Below are positions 39,201 to 53,500 of a stretch of 64,000 nucleotides of DNA, in pieces. The notes under the pieces were generated by a model, which did no database searches, had not been told where the DNA came from, and was given only the letters and a program-made list of their open reading frames with translations. Numbering within the stretch: position 1 is the stretch's first letter; every line of letters begins with the position of its first letter. Origin of the DNA: Euprymna scolopes (taxonomy: Eukaryota); assembly GCA_053919585.1 (NCBI GenBank), contig CM132799.1. One strand, given 5' to 3'. The position numbers and the translations under genes are program-made.

Positions 39201-41550
39201 GAAATATAGTAGGCAAAGTTAAATGATGAGAAATATAGTAGACAAAGTTAAAAGATGAGAAATATAGTAGACAAAGTTAAAAGATGAGAAATATAGAAGA
39301 CAACGTTAAAAGATGAGAAATATAGTAGGCAAAGTTAAAAGATGAGAAATATAGAAGACAAAGTTAAATGATGAGAAATATAGTAGACAAAGTTAAAAGA
39401 TGAGAAATATAGTAGGCAAAGTTAAAAGATGAGAAATATAGTAGACAAAGTTAAAAGATGAGAAATATAGTAGACAAAGTTAAAAGATGAGAAATATAGT
39501 AGACAAAGTTAAAAGATGAGAAATATAGTAGACAAAGTTAAAAGATGAGAAATATAGTAGACAAAGTTAAAAGATGAGAAATATAGAAGACAAAGTTAAA
39601 AGATTAGACATATAGAAGACAAAGTTAAAAGATGAGAAATATAGTAGGCGAAGTTAAAAGATGAGAAATATAGTAGACAAAGTTAAAAGATGAGAAATAT
39701 AGTAGACAACGTTAAAAGATGAGAAATATAGTAGACAAAGTTAAAAGATGAGAAATATAGTAGGCAAAGTTAAATGATGAGAAATATAGTAGACAAAGTT
39801 AAAAGATGAGAAATATAGTAGGCAAAGTTAAAAGATGAGAAATATAGTAGACAAAGTTAAAAGATTAGAAATATAGTAGACAAAGTTAAAAGATGAGAAA
39901 TATAGAAGACAAAGTTAAAAGATGAGAAATATAGTAGGCAAAGTTAAAAGATGAGAAATATAGTAGACAAAGTTAAAGATGAGAAATATAGAAGACAACG
40001 TTAAAAGATGAGAAATATAGTAGGCAAAGTTAAAAGATGAGAAATATAGTAGACAAAGTTAAAAGATGACAAATATAGTAGACAAAGTTAAAAGATGAGA
40101 AATATAGAAGACAAAGTTAAAAGATGAGAAATATAGTAGGCAAAGTTAAAAGATGAGAAATATAGTAGGCAAAGTTAAAAGATGAGAAATATAGTAGACA
40201 AAGTTAAAAGATGAGTAATATAGTAGAATAAGTTAAAAGATGAGAAATATAGTAGGCAAAGTTAAAAGATGAGAAATATAGTAGACAAAGTTAAAAGATG
40301 AGAAATATAGTAGGCAAAGTTAAAAGATGAGAAATATAGTAGGCAAAGTTAAAAGATGAGAAATATAGTAGACAAAGTTAAAAGATGAGAAATATAGTAG
40401 GCAAAGTTAAAAGATGAGAAATATAGTAGACAAAGTTAAAAGATGAGAAATATAGTAGGCAAAGTTAAATGATGAGAAATATAGTAGGCAAAGTTAAATG
40501 ATGAGAAATATAGTAGACAAAGTTAAAAGATGATAAATATAGTAGACAAAGTTAAAAGATGAGAAATATAGTAGACAAAGTTAAAAGATGAGAAATATAA
40601 TAGACAAAGTTAAAAGATGAGAAATATAGTAGGCAAAGTTAAATGATGAGAAATATAGTAGGCAAAGTAAAAAGGCAAGAAATATAGTAGACAAAAATAA
40701 AAGGCAAGAAATATAGTAGACAAAAATAAAAGGCAAGAAATATAGTAGACAAAGGTAACAGGCAAGAAATATAGTAGACAAAGTTAAAAGATGAGAAATA
40801 TAGTAGACAAAGTTAAAAGATGAGAAATATAGTAGGCAAAGTTAAAAGATGAGAAATATAGAAGACAAAGTTAAAAGATGAGAAATATAGAAGACAAAGT
40901 TAAAAGATGAGAAATATAGTAGGCAAAGTTAAAAGATGAGAAATATAGAAGACAAAGTTAAAAGATGAGAAATATAGTAGACAAAGTTAAAAGATGAGAA
41001 ATATAGTAGACAAAGTTAAAAGATGAGAAATATAGTAGACAAAGTTAAAAGATGAGAAATATAGTAGGCAAAGTTAAAAGATGAGAAATATAGAAGACAA
41101 AGTTAAAAGATGAGAAATATAGAAGACAAAGTTAAAAGATGAGAAATATAGTAGGCAAAGTTAAAAGATGAGAAATATAGAAGACAAAGTTAAAAGATGA
41201 GAAATATAGTAGACAAAGTTAAAAGATGAGAAATATAGTAGGCAAAGTTAAAAGATGAGAAATATAGTAGGCAAAGTTAAAATATGAGAAATATAGAAGA
41301 CAAAGTTAAAAGATGAGAAATATAGTAGACAAAGTTAAAAGATGAGAAATATAGTAGACAAAGTTAAAAGATGAGAAATATAGAAGACAATGTTAAAAGA
41401 TGAGAAATATAGTAGGCAAAGTTAAATGATGAGAAATATAGTAGGCAAAGTAAAAAGGCAAGAAATATAGTAGACAAAAATAAAAGGCAAGAAATATAGT
41501 AGACAAAAATAAAAGGCAAGAAATATAGTAGACAAAGGTAACAGGCAAGA
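21247..41550. repeat. Proximal satellite domain carrying ~25 copies of an ordered divergent-monomer cassette (higher-order structure)
   Basis: The variable segments occur in the order GTTAAATGATG > (GTTAAAAGATG) > GTAAAAAGGCA > AATAAAAGGCA x2-3 > GGTAACAGGCA. The last monomer of the cassette is seen at ~21272, 22026, 22606, 23679, 24345, 25331, 25997, 26693, 27244, 27737, 28838, 29505, 29998, 30549, 31042, 31853, 32520, 33013, 33563, 34056, 34839, 35593, 36376, 40754 and 41537, and never afterwards. Confidence 0.93.
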
Positions 41551-44500
41551 AATATAGTAGACCAAGTTAAAAGATGAGAAATATAGTAGACAAAGTTAAA
41601 AGATGAGAAATATAGTAGACACAGTTAAAAGATGAAAAATATAGTAGACAAAGTTAAAAGATGAGAAATATAGTAGGCAAAGTTAAATGATGAGAAATAT
41701 AGTAGACAAAGTTAAAAGATGAGAAATATAGTAGGCAAAGTTAAAAGATGAGAAATATAGTAGACAAAGTTAAAAGATGAGAAACATAGTAGACAAAGTT
41801 AAAAGATGAGAAATATAGAAGACAAAGTTAAAAGATGAGAAATATAGTAGGCAAAGTTAAAAGATGAGAAATATAGTAGACAAAGTTAAAGGATGAGAAA
41901 TATAGAAGACAACGTTAAAAGATGAGAAATATAGTAGGCAAAGTTAAAAGATGAGAAATATAGTAGAAAAAGTTAAAAGATGAGAAATATAGAAGACAAA
42001 GTTAAAAGATGAGAAATATAGTAGGCAAAGTTAAAAGATGAGAAATATAGAAGACAAAGTTAAAAGATAAGAAATATAGTAGGCAAATGTAAAAGATGAG
42101 AAATATAGTAGACAAAGTTAAAATATGAGAAATATAGTAGGCAAAGTTAAAAGATGAGAAATATAGTAGACAAAGTTAAAAGATGAGAAATATAGTAGAC
42201 AAAGTTAAAAGATGAGAAATATAGTAGGCAAAGTTAAAAGATGAGAAATATAGAAGACAAAGTTAAAAGATGAGAAATATAGTAGGCAAAGTTAAATGAT
42301 GAGAAATATAGTAGACAAAGTTAAAAGATGAGAAATATAGTAGGCAAAGTTAAAAGATGAGAAATATAGTAGACAAAGTTAAAAGATGAGAAATATAGTA
42401 GACAAAGTTAAAAGATGAGAAATATAGTAGGCAAAGTTAAAAGATTAGAAATATAGTAGACAAAGTTAAAAGATGAGAAATATAGTAGACAAAGTTAAAA
42501 GATGAGAAATATAGTAGACAAAGTTAAAAGATGAGAAATATAGTAGACAAAGTTAAAAGATGAGAAATATAGTAGACAAAGTTAAAAGATGAGAAATATA
42601 GTAGACAAAGTTAAAAGATGAGAAATATAGTAGACAAAGTTAAAAGATGAGAAATATAGAAGACAAAGTTAAAAGATGAGTAATATAGTAGGCAAAGTAA
42701 AAAGATGAGAAATATAGAAGACAAAGTTAAAAGATGAGAAATATAGTAGGCAAAGTTAAAAGATGAGAAATATAGTAGACAAAGTTAAAAGATGAGAAAT
42801 ATAGTAGGCAAAGTTAAAAGATGAGAAATATAGTAGACAAAGTTAAAAGATGAGAAATATAGTAGACAAAGTTAAAAGATGAGAAATATAGTAGACAAAG
42901 TTAAAAGATGAGAAATATAGTAGACAAAGTTAAAAGATGAGAAATATAGTAGACAAAGTTAAAAGATGAGAAATATAGTAGACAAAGTTAAAAGATGAGA
43001 AATATAGTAGACAAAGTTAAAAGATGAGAAATATAGTAGACAAAGTTAAAAGATGAGAAATATAGTAGACAAAGTTAAAAGATGAGAAATATAGTAGACA
43101 AAGTTAAAAGATGAGCAATATAGTAGACAAAGTTAAAAGATGAGAAATATAGAAGACAAAGTTAAAAGATGAGAAATATAGAAGACAAAGTTAAAAGATG
43201 AGAAATATAGTAGGCAAAGTTAAAAGATGAGAAATATAGTAGACAACGTTAAAAGATGAGAAATATAGTAGACAAAGTTAAAAGATGAGAAATATAGTAG
43301 GCAAAGTTAAATGAGCAGAAATATAGTAGAAAAAGTTAAAAGATGAGAAATATAGTAGGCAAAGTTAAAAGATGAGAAATATAGTAGAAAAAGTTAAAAG
43401 ATGAGAAATATAGTAGACAAAGTTAAAAGATGAGAAATATAGAAGACAAAGTTAAAAGATGAGAAATATAGTAGGCAAAGTTAAAAGATGAGAAATATAG
43501 TAGACAAAGTTAAAAGATGAGAAATATAGAAGACAACGTTAAAAGATGAGAAATATAGTAGGCAAAGTTAAAAGATGAGAAATATAGTAGACAAAGTTAA
43601 AAGATGACAAATATAGTAGACAAAGTTTAAAGATGACAAATATAGAAGACAAAGTTAAAAGATGACAAATATAGTAGACAAAGTTAAAAGATGAGAAATA
43701 TAGAAGACAACGTTAAAAGATGAGAAATATAGTAGGCAAAGTTAAAAGATGAGAAATATAGTAGACAAAGTTAAAAGATGAGAAATATAGAAGACAAAGT
43801 TAAAAGATGAGAAATATAGTAGGCAAAGTTAAAAGATTAGAAATATAGAAGACAAAGTTAAAAGATGAGAAATATAGTAGGCAAAGTTAAAAGATGAGAA
43901 ATATAGTAGACAAAGTTAAAAGATGAGAACTATAGTAGGCAAAGTTAAAAGATGAGAAATAAAGTAGACAAAGTTAAAAGATGAGAAATATAGTAGACAA
44001 AGTTAAAAGATGAGAAATATAGTAGGTGAAGTTAAAAGATGAGAAATATAGAAGACAAAGTTAAAAGATGAGAAATATAGTAGGCAAAGTTAAATGATGA
44101 GAAATATAGTAGACAAAGTTAAAAGATGAGAAATATAGTAGGCAAAGTTAAAAGATGAGAAATATAGTAGACAAAGTTAAAAGATGAGAAATATAGTAGA
44201 CAAAGTTAAAAGATGAGAAATATAGTAGGCAAAGTTAAAAGATGAGAAATATAGTAGACAAAGTTAAAAGATGAGAAATATAGTAGACAAAGTTAAAAGA
44301 TGAGAAATATAGTAGACAAAGTTAAAAGATGAGAAATATAGTAGGCAAAGTTAAAAGATGAGAAATATAGAAGACGAAGTTAAAAGATGAGAAATATAGT
44401 AGGCAAAGTTAAAAGATGAGAAATATAGTAGACAAAGTTAAAAGATGAGAAATATAGTAGACAACGTTAAAAGATGAGAAATATAGTAGACAAAGTTAAT

Positions 44501-47500
44501 AGATGAGAAATATAGTAGGCAAAGTTAAATGATGAGAAATATAGTAGACAAAGTTAAAAGATGAGAAATATAGTAGACAAAGTTAAAAGATGAGAAATAT
44601 AGAAGACAACGTTAAAAGATGAGAAATATAGTAGGCAAAGTTAAAAGATGAGAAATATAGAAGACAAAGTTAAATGATGAGAAATATAGTAGACAAAGTT
44701 AAAAGATGAGAAATATAGTAGGCAAAGTTAAAAGATGAGAAATATAGTAGACAAAGTTAAAAGATGAGAAATATAGTAGACAAAGTTAAAAGATGAGAAA
44801 TATAGTAGACAAAGTTAAAAGATGAGAAATATAGTAGACAAAGTTAAAAGATGAGAAATATAGAAGACAAAGTTAAAAGATTAGACATATAGAAGACAAA
44901 GTTAAAAGATGAGAAATATAGTAGGCGAAGTTAAAAGATGAGAAATATAGTAGACAAAGTTAAAAGATGAGAAATATAGTAGACAACGTTAAAAGATGAG
45001 AAATATAGTAGACAAAGTTAAAAGATGAGAAATATAGTAGGCAAAGTTAAATGATGAGAAATATAGTAGACAAAGTTAAAAGATGAGAAATATAGTAGGC
45101 AAAGTTAAAAGATGAGAAATATAGTAGACAAAGTTAAAAGATTAGAAATATAGTAGACAAAGTTAAAAGATGAGAAATATAGAAGACAAAGTTAAAAGAT
45201 GAGAAATATAGTAGGCAAAGTTAAAAGATGAGAAATATAGTAGACAAAGTTAAAAGATGAGAAATATAGAAGACAACGTTAAAAGATGAGAAATATAGTA
45301 GGCAAAGTTAAAAGATGAGAAATATAGTAGACAAAGTTAAAAGATGACAAATATAGTAGACAAAGTTAAAAGATGAGAAATATAGAAGACAAAGTTAAAA
45401 GATGAGAAATATAGTAGACAAAGTTAAAAGATGAGAAATATAGAAGACAACGTTAAAAGATGAGAAATATAGTAGGCAAAGTTAAAAGATGAGAAATATA
45501 GTAGACAAAGTTAAAAGATGAGAAATATAGAAGACAAAGTTAAAAGATGAGAAATATAGTAGGCAAAGTTAAAAGATTAGAAATATAGAAGACAAAGTTA
45601 AAAGATGAGAAATATAGTAGGCAAAGTTAAAAGATGAGAAATATAGTAGACAAAGTTAAAAGATGAGAACTATAGTAGGCAAAGTTAAAAGATGAGAAAT
45701 ATAGTAGACAATGTTAAAAGATGAGAAATATAGTAGACAAAGTTAAAAGATGAGAAATATGGTAGGCGAAGTTAAAAGATGAGAAATATAGTAGACAAAG
45801 TTAAAAGATGAGAAATATAGTAGGCAAAGTTAAATGATGAGAAATATAGTAGACAAAGTTAAAAGATGAGAAACATAGTAGGCAAAGTTAAAAGATGAGA
45901 AATATAGTAGACAAAGTTAAAAGATGAGAAATATAGTAGACAAAGTTAAAAGATGAGAAATATAGTAGGCAAAGTTAAAAGATGAGAAATATAGTAGACA
46001 AAGTTAAAAGATGAGAAATATAGTAGACAAAATTAAAAGATGAGAAATATAGTAGACAAAGTTAAAAGATGAGAAATATAGTAGGCAAAGTTAAAAGATG
46101 AGAAATATAGAAGACAAAGTTAAAAGATGAGAAATATAGTAGGCAAAGTTAAAAGATGAGAAATATAGTAGACAAAGTTAAAAGATGAGAAATATAGTAG
46201 ACAACGTTAAAAGATGAGAAATATAGTAGACAAAGTTAAAAGATGAGAAAAATAGTAGGCAAATTTAAATGATGAGAAATATAGTAGACAAAGTTAAAAG
46301 ATGAGAAATATAGTAGACAAAGTTAAAAGATGAGAAATATAGAAGACAACGTTAAAAGATGAGAAATATAGTAGGCAAAGTTAAAAGATGAGAAATATAG
46401 AAGACAAAGTTAAATGATGAGAAATATAGTAGACAAAGTTAAAAGATGAGAAATATAGTAGGCAAAGTTAAAAGATGAGAAATATAGTAGACAAAGTTAA
46501 AGGATGAGAAATATAGAAGACAACGTTAAAAGATGAGAAATATAGTAGGCAAAGTTAAAAGATGAGAAATATAGTAGACAAAGTTAAAAGATGAGAAATA
46601 TAGAAGACAAAGTTAAAAGATGAGAAATATAGTAGGCAAAGTTAAAAGATGAGAAATATAGAAGACAAAGTTAAAAGATGAGAAATATAGTAGGCAAAGG
46701 TAAAAGATGAGAAATATAGTAGACAAAGTTAAAATATGAGAAATATAGTAGGCAAAGTTAAAAGATGAGAAATATAGTAGACAAAGTTAAAAGATGAGAA
46801 ATATAGTAGACAAAGTTAAAAGATGAGAAATATAGTAGGCAAAGTTAAAAGATGAGAAATATAGAAGACAAAGTTAAAAGATGAGAAATATAGTAGGCAA
46901 AGTTAAATGATGAGAAATATAGTAGACAAAGTTAAAAGATGAGAAATATAGTAGGCAAAGTTAAAAGATGAGAAATATAGTAGACAAAGTTAAGAGATGA
47001 GAAATATAGTAGACAAAGTTAAAAGATGAGAAATATAGTAGGCAAAGTTAAAAGATTAGAAATATAGTAGACAAAGTTAAAAGATGAGAAATATAGTAGA
47101 CAAAGTTAAAAGATGAGAAATATAGTAGACAAAGTTAAAAGATGAGAAATATAGTAGACAAAGTTAAAAGATGAGAAATATAGTAGACAAAGTTAAAAGA
47201 TGAGAAATATAGTAGACAAAGTTAAAAGATGAGAAATATAGTAGACAAAGTTAAAAGATGAGAAATATAGAAGACAAAGTTAAAAGATGAGTAATATAGT
47301 AGGCAAAGTAAAAAGATGAGAAATATAGAAGACAAAGTTAAAAGATGAGAAATATAGTAGGCAAAGTTAAAAGATGAGAAATATAGTAGACAAAGTTAAA
47401 AGATGAGAAATATAGTAGGCAAAGTTAAAAGATGAGAAATATAGTAGACAAAGTTAAAAGATGAGAAATATAGTAGACAAAGTTAAAAGATGAGAAATAT

Positions 47501-50500
47501 AGTAGACAAAGTTAAAAGATGAGAAATATAGTAGGAAAAGTTAAAAGATGAGAAATATAGTAGACAAAGTTAAAAGATGAGAAATATAGTAGACAAAGTT
47601 AAAAGATGAGAAATATAGTAGACAAAGTTAAAAGATGAGAAATATAGTAGACAAAGTTAAAAGATGAGAAATATAGTAGACAAAGTTAAAAGATGAGAAA
47701 TATAGTAGACAAAGTTAAAAGATGAGCAATATAGTAGACAAAGTTAAAAGATGAGAAATATAGAAGACAAAGTTAAAAGATGAGAAATATAGAAGACAAA
47801 GTTAAAAGATGAGAAATATAGTAGGCAAAGTTAAAAGATGAGAAATATAGTAGACAACGTTAAAAGATGAGAAATATAGTAGACAAAGTTAAAAGATGAG
47901 AAATATAGTAGGCAAAGTTAAGTGAGCAGAAATATAGTAGACAAAGTTAAAAGATGAGAAATATAGTAGGCAAAGTTAAAAGATGAGAAATATAGTAGAC
48001 AAAGTTAAAAGATGAGAAATATAGTAGACAAAGTTAAAAGATGAGAAATATAGAAGACAAAGTTAAAAGATGAGAAATATAGTAGGCAAAGTTAAAAGAT
48101 GAGAAATATAGTAGACAAAGTTAAAAGATGAGAAATATAGAAGACAACGTTAAAAGATGAGAAATATAGTAGGCAAAGTTAAAAGATGAGAAATATAGTA
48201 GACAAAGTTAAAAGATGACAAATATAGTAGACAAAGTTAAAAGATGACAAATATAGAAGACAAAGTTAAAAGATGACAAATATAGTAGACAAAGTTAAAA
48301 GATGAGAAATATAGAAGACAACGTTAAAAGATGAGAAATATAGTAGGCAAAGTTAAAAGATGAGAAATATAGTAGACAAAGTTAAAAGATGAGAAATATA
48401 GAAGACAAAGTTAAAAGATGAGAAATATAGTAGGCAAAGTTAAAAGATTAGAAATATAGAAGACAAAGTTAAAAGATGAGAAATATAGTAGGCAAAGTTA
48501 AAAGATGAGAAATATAGTAGACAAAGTTAAAAGATGAGAACTATAGTAGGCAAAGTTAAAAGATGAGAAATAAAGTAGACAAAGTTAAAAGATGAGAAAT
48601 ATAGTAGACAAAGTTAAAAGATGAGAAATATAGTAGGTGAAGTTAAAAGATGAGAAATATAGAAGACAAAGTTAAAAGATGAGAAATATAGTAGGCAAAG
48701 TTAAATGATGAGAAATATAGTAGACAAAGTTAAAAGATGAGAAATATAGTAGGCAAAGTTAAAAGATGAGAAATATAGTAGACAAAGTTAAAAGATGAGA
48801 AATATAGTAGACAAAGTTAAAAGATGAGAAATATAGTAGGCAAAGTTAAAAGATGAGAAATATAGTAGACAAAGTTAAAAGATGAGAAATATAGTAGACA
48901 AAGTTAAAAGATGAGAAATATAGTAGACAAAGTTAAAAGATGAGAAATATAGTAGGCAAAGTTAAAAGATGAGAAATATAGAAGACGAAGTTAAAAGATG
49001 AGAAATATAGTAGGCAAAGTTAAAAGATGAGAAATATAGTAGACAAAGTTAAAAGATGAGAAATATAGTAGACAACGTTAAAAGATGAGAAATATAGTAG
49101 ACAAAGTTAAAAGATGAGAAATATAGTAGGCAAAGTTAAATGATGAGAAATATAGTAGACAAAGTTAAAAGATGAGAAATATAGTAGACAAAGTTAAAAG
49201 ATGAGAAATATAGAAGACAACGTTAAAAGATGAGAAATATAGTAGGCAAAGTTAAAAGATGAGAAATATAGAAGACAAAGTTAAATGATGAGAAATATAG
49301 TAGACAAAGTTAAAAGATGAGAAATATAGTAGACAACGTTAAAAGATGAGAAATATAGTAGACAAAGTTAAAAGATGAGAAATATAGTAGGCAAAGTTAA
49401 ATGATGAGAAATATAGTAGACAAAGTTAAAAGATGAGAAATATAGTAGGCAAAGTTAAAAGATGAGAAATATAGTAGACAAAGTTAAAAGATTAGAAATA
49501 TAGTAGACAAAGTTAAAAGATGAGAAATATAGAAGACAAAGTTAAAAGATGAGAAATATAGTAGGCAAAGTTAAAAGATGAGAAATATAGTAGACAAAGT
49601 TAAAAGATGAGAAATATAGAAGACAACGTTAAAAGATGAGAAATATAGTAGGCAAAGTTAAAAGATGAGAAATATAGTAGACAAAGTTAAAAGATGACAA
49701 ATATAGTAGACAAAGTTAAAAGATGAGAAATATAGAAGACAAAGTTAAAAGATGAGAAATATAGTAGACAAAGTTAAAAGATGAGAAATATAGAAGACAA
49801 CGTTAAAAGATGAGAAATATAGTAGGCAAAGTTAAAAGATGAGAAATATAGTAGACAAAGTTAAAAGATGAGAAATATAGAAGACAAAGTTAAAAGATGA
49901 GAAATATAGTAGGCAAAGTTAAAAGATTAGAAATATAGAAGACAAAGTTAAAAGATGAGAAATATAGTAGGCAAATTTAAAAGATGAGAAATATAGTAGA
50001 CAAAGTTAAAAGATGAGAACTATAGTAGGCAAAGTTAAAAGATGAGAAATATAGTAGACAAAGTTAAAAGATGAGAAATATAGTAGACAAAGTTAAAAGA
50101 TGAGAAATATAGTAGGCGAAGTTAAAAGATGAGAAATATAGTAGACAAAGTTAAAAGATGAGAAATATAGTAGGCAAAGTTAAATGATGAGAAATATAGT
50201 AGACAAAGTTAAAAGATGAGAAATATAGTAGGCAAAGTTAAAAGATGAGAAATATAGTAGACAAAGTTAAAAGATGAGAAATATAGTAGACAAAGTTAAA
50301 AGATGAGAAATATAGTAGGCAAAGTTAAAAGATGAGAAATATAGTAGACAAAGTTAAAAGATGAGAAATATAGTAGACAAAATTAAAAGATGAGAAATAT
50401 AGTAGACAAAGTTAAAAGATGAGAAATATAGTAGGCAAAGTTAAAAGATGAGAAATATAGAAGACAAAGTTAAAAGATGAGAAATATAGTAGGCAAAGTT

Positions 50501-53500
50501 AAAAGATGAGAAATATAGTAGACAAAGTTAAAAGATGAGAAATATAGTAGACAACGTTAAAAGATGAGAAATATAGTAGACAAAGTTAAAAGATGAGAAA
50601 AATAGTAGGCAAATTTAAATGATGAGAAATATAGTAGACAAAGTTAAAAGATGAGAAATATAGTAGACAAAGTTAAAAGATGAGAAATATAGAAGACAAC
50701 GTTAAAAGATGAGAAATATAGTAGGCAAAGTTAAAAGATGAGAAATATAGAAGACAAAGTTAAATGATGAGAAATATAGTAGACAAAGTTAAAAGATGAG
50801 AAATATAGTAGGCAAAGTTAAAAGATGAGAAATATAGTAGACAAAGTTAAAGGATGAGAAATATAGAAGACAACGTTAAAAGATGAGAAATATAGTAGGC
50901 AAAGTTAAAAGATGAGAAATATAGTAGACAAAGTTAAAAGATGAGAAATATAGAAGACAAAGTTAAAAGATGAGAAATATAGTAGGCAAAGTTAAAAGAT
51001 GAGAAATATAGAAGACAAAGTTAAAAGATGAGAAATATAGTAGGCAAAGGTAAAAGATGAGAAATATAGTAGACAAAGTTAAAATATGAGAAATATAGTA
51101 GGCAAAGTTAAAAGATGAGAAATATAGTAGACAAAGTTAAAAGATGAGAAATATAGTAGACAAAGTTAAAAGATGAGAAATATAGTAGGCAAAGTTAAAA
51201 GATGAGAAATATAGAAGACAAAGTTAAAAGATGAGTAATATAGTAGGCAAAGTTAAATGATGAGAAATATAGTAGACAAAGTTAAAAGATGAGAAATATA
51301 GTAGGCAAAGTTAAAAGATGAGAAATATAGTAGACAAAGTTAAGAGATGAGAAATATAGTAGACAAAGTTAAAAGATGAGAAATATAGTAGGCAAAGTTA
51401 AAAGATTAGAAATATAGTAGACAAAGTTAAAAGATGAGAAATATAGTAGACAAAGTTAAAAGATGAGAAATATAGTAGACAAAGTTAAAAGATGAGAAAT
51501 ATAGTAGACAAAGTTAAAAGATGAGAAATATAGTAGACAAAGTTAAAAGATGAGAAATATAGTAGACAAAGTTAAAAGATGAGAAATATAGTAGACAAAG
51601 TTAAAAGATGAGAAATATAGAAGACAAAGTTAAAAGATGAGTAATATAGTAGGCAAAGTAAAAAGATGAGAAATATAGAAGACAAAGTTAAAAGATGAGA
51701 AATATAGTAGGCAAAGTTAAAAGATGAGAAATATAGTAGACAAAGTTAAAAGATGAGAAATATAGTAGGCAAAGTTAAAAGATGAGAAATATAGTAGACA
51801 AAGTTAAAAGATGAGAAATATAGTAGACAAAGTTAAAAGATGAGAAATATAGTAGACAAAGTTAAAAGATGAGAAATATAGTAGGAAAAGTTAAAAGATG
51901 AGAAATATAGTAGACAAAGTTAAAAGATGAGAAATATAGTAGACAAAGTTAAAAGATGAGAAATATAGTAGACAAAGTTAAAAGATGAGAAATATAGTAG
52001 ACAAAGTTAAAAGATGAGAAATATAGTAGACAAAGTTAAAAGATGAGAAATATAGTAGACAAAGTTAAAAGATGAGCAATATAGTAGACAAAGTTAAAAG
52101 ATGAGAAATATAGAAGACAAAGTTAAAAGATGAGAAATATAGAAGACAAAGTTAAAAGATGAGAAATATAGTAGGCAAAGTTAAAAGATGAGAAATATAG
52201 TAGACAACGTTAAAAGATGAGAAATATAGTAGACAAAGTTAAAAGATGAGAAATATAGTAGGCAAAGTTAAATGAGCAGAAATATAGTAGGCAAAGTTAA
52301 AAGATGAGAAATATAGTAGGCAAAGTTAAAAGATGAGAAATATAGTAGACAAAGTTAAAAGATGAGAAATATAGTAGACAAAGTTAAAAGATGAGAAATA
52401 TAGAAGACAAAGTTAAAAGATGAGAAATATAGTAGGCAAAGTTAAAAGATGAGAAATATAGTAGACAAAGTTAAAAGATGAGAAATATAGTAGACAAAGT
52501 TAAAAGATGAGAAATATAGTAGGCAAAGTTAAAAGATGAGAAATATAGTAGACAAAGTTAAAAGATGACAAATATAGTAGACAAAGTTAAAAGATGACAA
52601 ATATAGAAGACAAAGTTAAAAGATGACAAATATAGTAGACAAAGTTAAAAGATGAGAAATATAGAAGACAACGTTAAAAGATGAGAAATATAGTAGGCAA
52701 AGTTAAAAGATGAGAAATATAGTAGACAAAGTTAAAAGATGAGAAATATAGAAGACAAAGTTAAAAGATGAGAAATATAGTAGGCAAAGTTAAAAGATTA
52801 GAAATATAGAAGACAAAGTTAAAAGATGAGAAATATAGTAGGCAAAGTTAAAAGATGAGAAATATAGTAGACAAAGTTAAAAGATGAGAACTATAGTAGG
52901 CAAAGTTAAAAGATGAGAAATAAAGTAGACAAAGTTAAAAGATGAGAAATATAGTAGACAAAGTTAAAAGATGAGAAATATAGTAGGTGAAGTTAAAAGA
53001 TGAGAAATATAGAAGACAAAGTTAAAAGATGAGAAATATAGTAGGCAAAGTTAAATGATGAGAAATATAGTAGACAAAGTTAAAAGATGAGAAATATAGT
53101 AGGCAAAGTTAAAAGATGAGAAATATAGTAGACAAAGTTAAAAGATGAGAAATATAGTAGACAAAGTTAAAAGATGAGAAATATAGTAGGCAAAGTTAAA
53201 AGATGAGAAATATAGTAGACAAAGTTAAAAGATGAGAAATATAGTAGACAAAGTTAAAAGATGAGAAATATAGTAGACAAAGTTAAAAGATGAGAAATAT
53301 AGTAGGCAAAGTTAAAAGATGAGAAATATAGAAGACGAAGTTAAAAGATGAGAAATATAGTAGGCAAAGTTAAAAGATGAGAAATATAGTAGACAAAGTT
53401 AAAAGATGAGAAATATAGTAGACAACGTTAAAAGATGAGAAATATAGTAGACAAAGTTAAAAGATGAGAAATATAGTAGGCAAAGTTAAATGATGAGAAA

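Noticed and set aside
21853-40781. About 25 minus-strand ORFs of 66-124 aa (MSTIFLACYLCLLYFLPFIFVYY...) resembling a family of hydrophobic peptides
   Set aside because: They are translations of the satellite. The minus-strand monomer has one TAA, met every third monomer because 29 is not a multiple of 3, and cassette monomers lack it, so ORFs appear wherever a cassette lies. The starts are mostly non-ATG (TTG) codons.
21247-41550. CRISPR-like appearance (constant repeat plus variable spacer)
   Set aside because: The variable parts are only 11 bp, fall into a few related and heavily repeated classes rather than unique spacers, no cas genes are present, and the context is eukaryotic.
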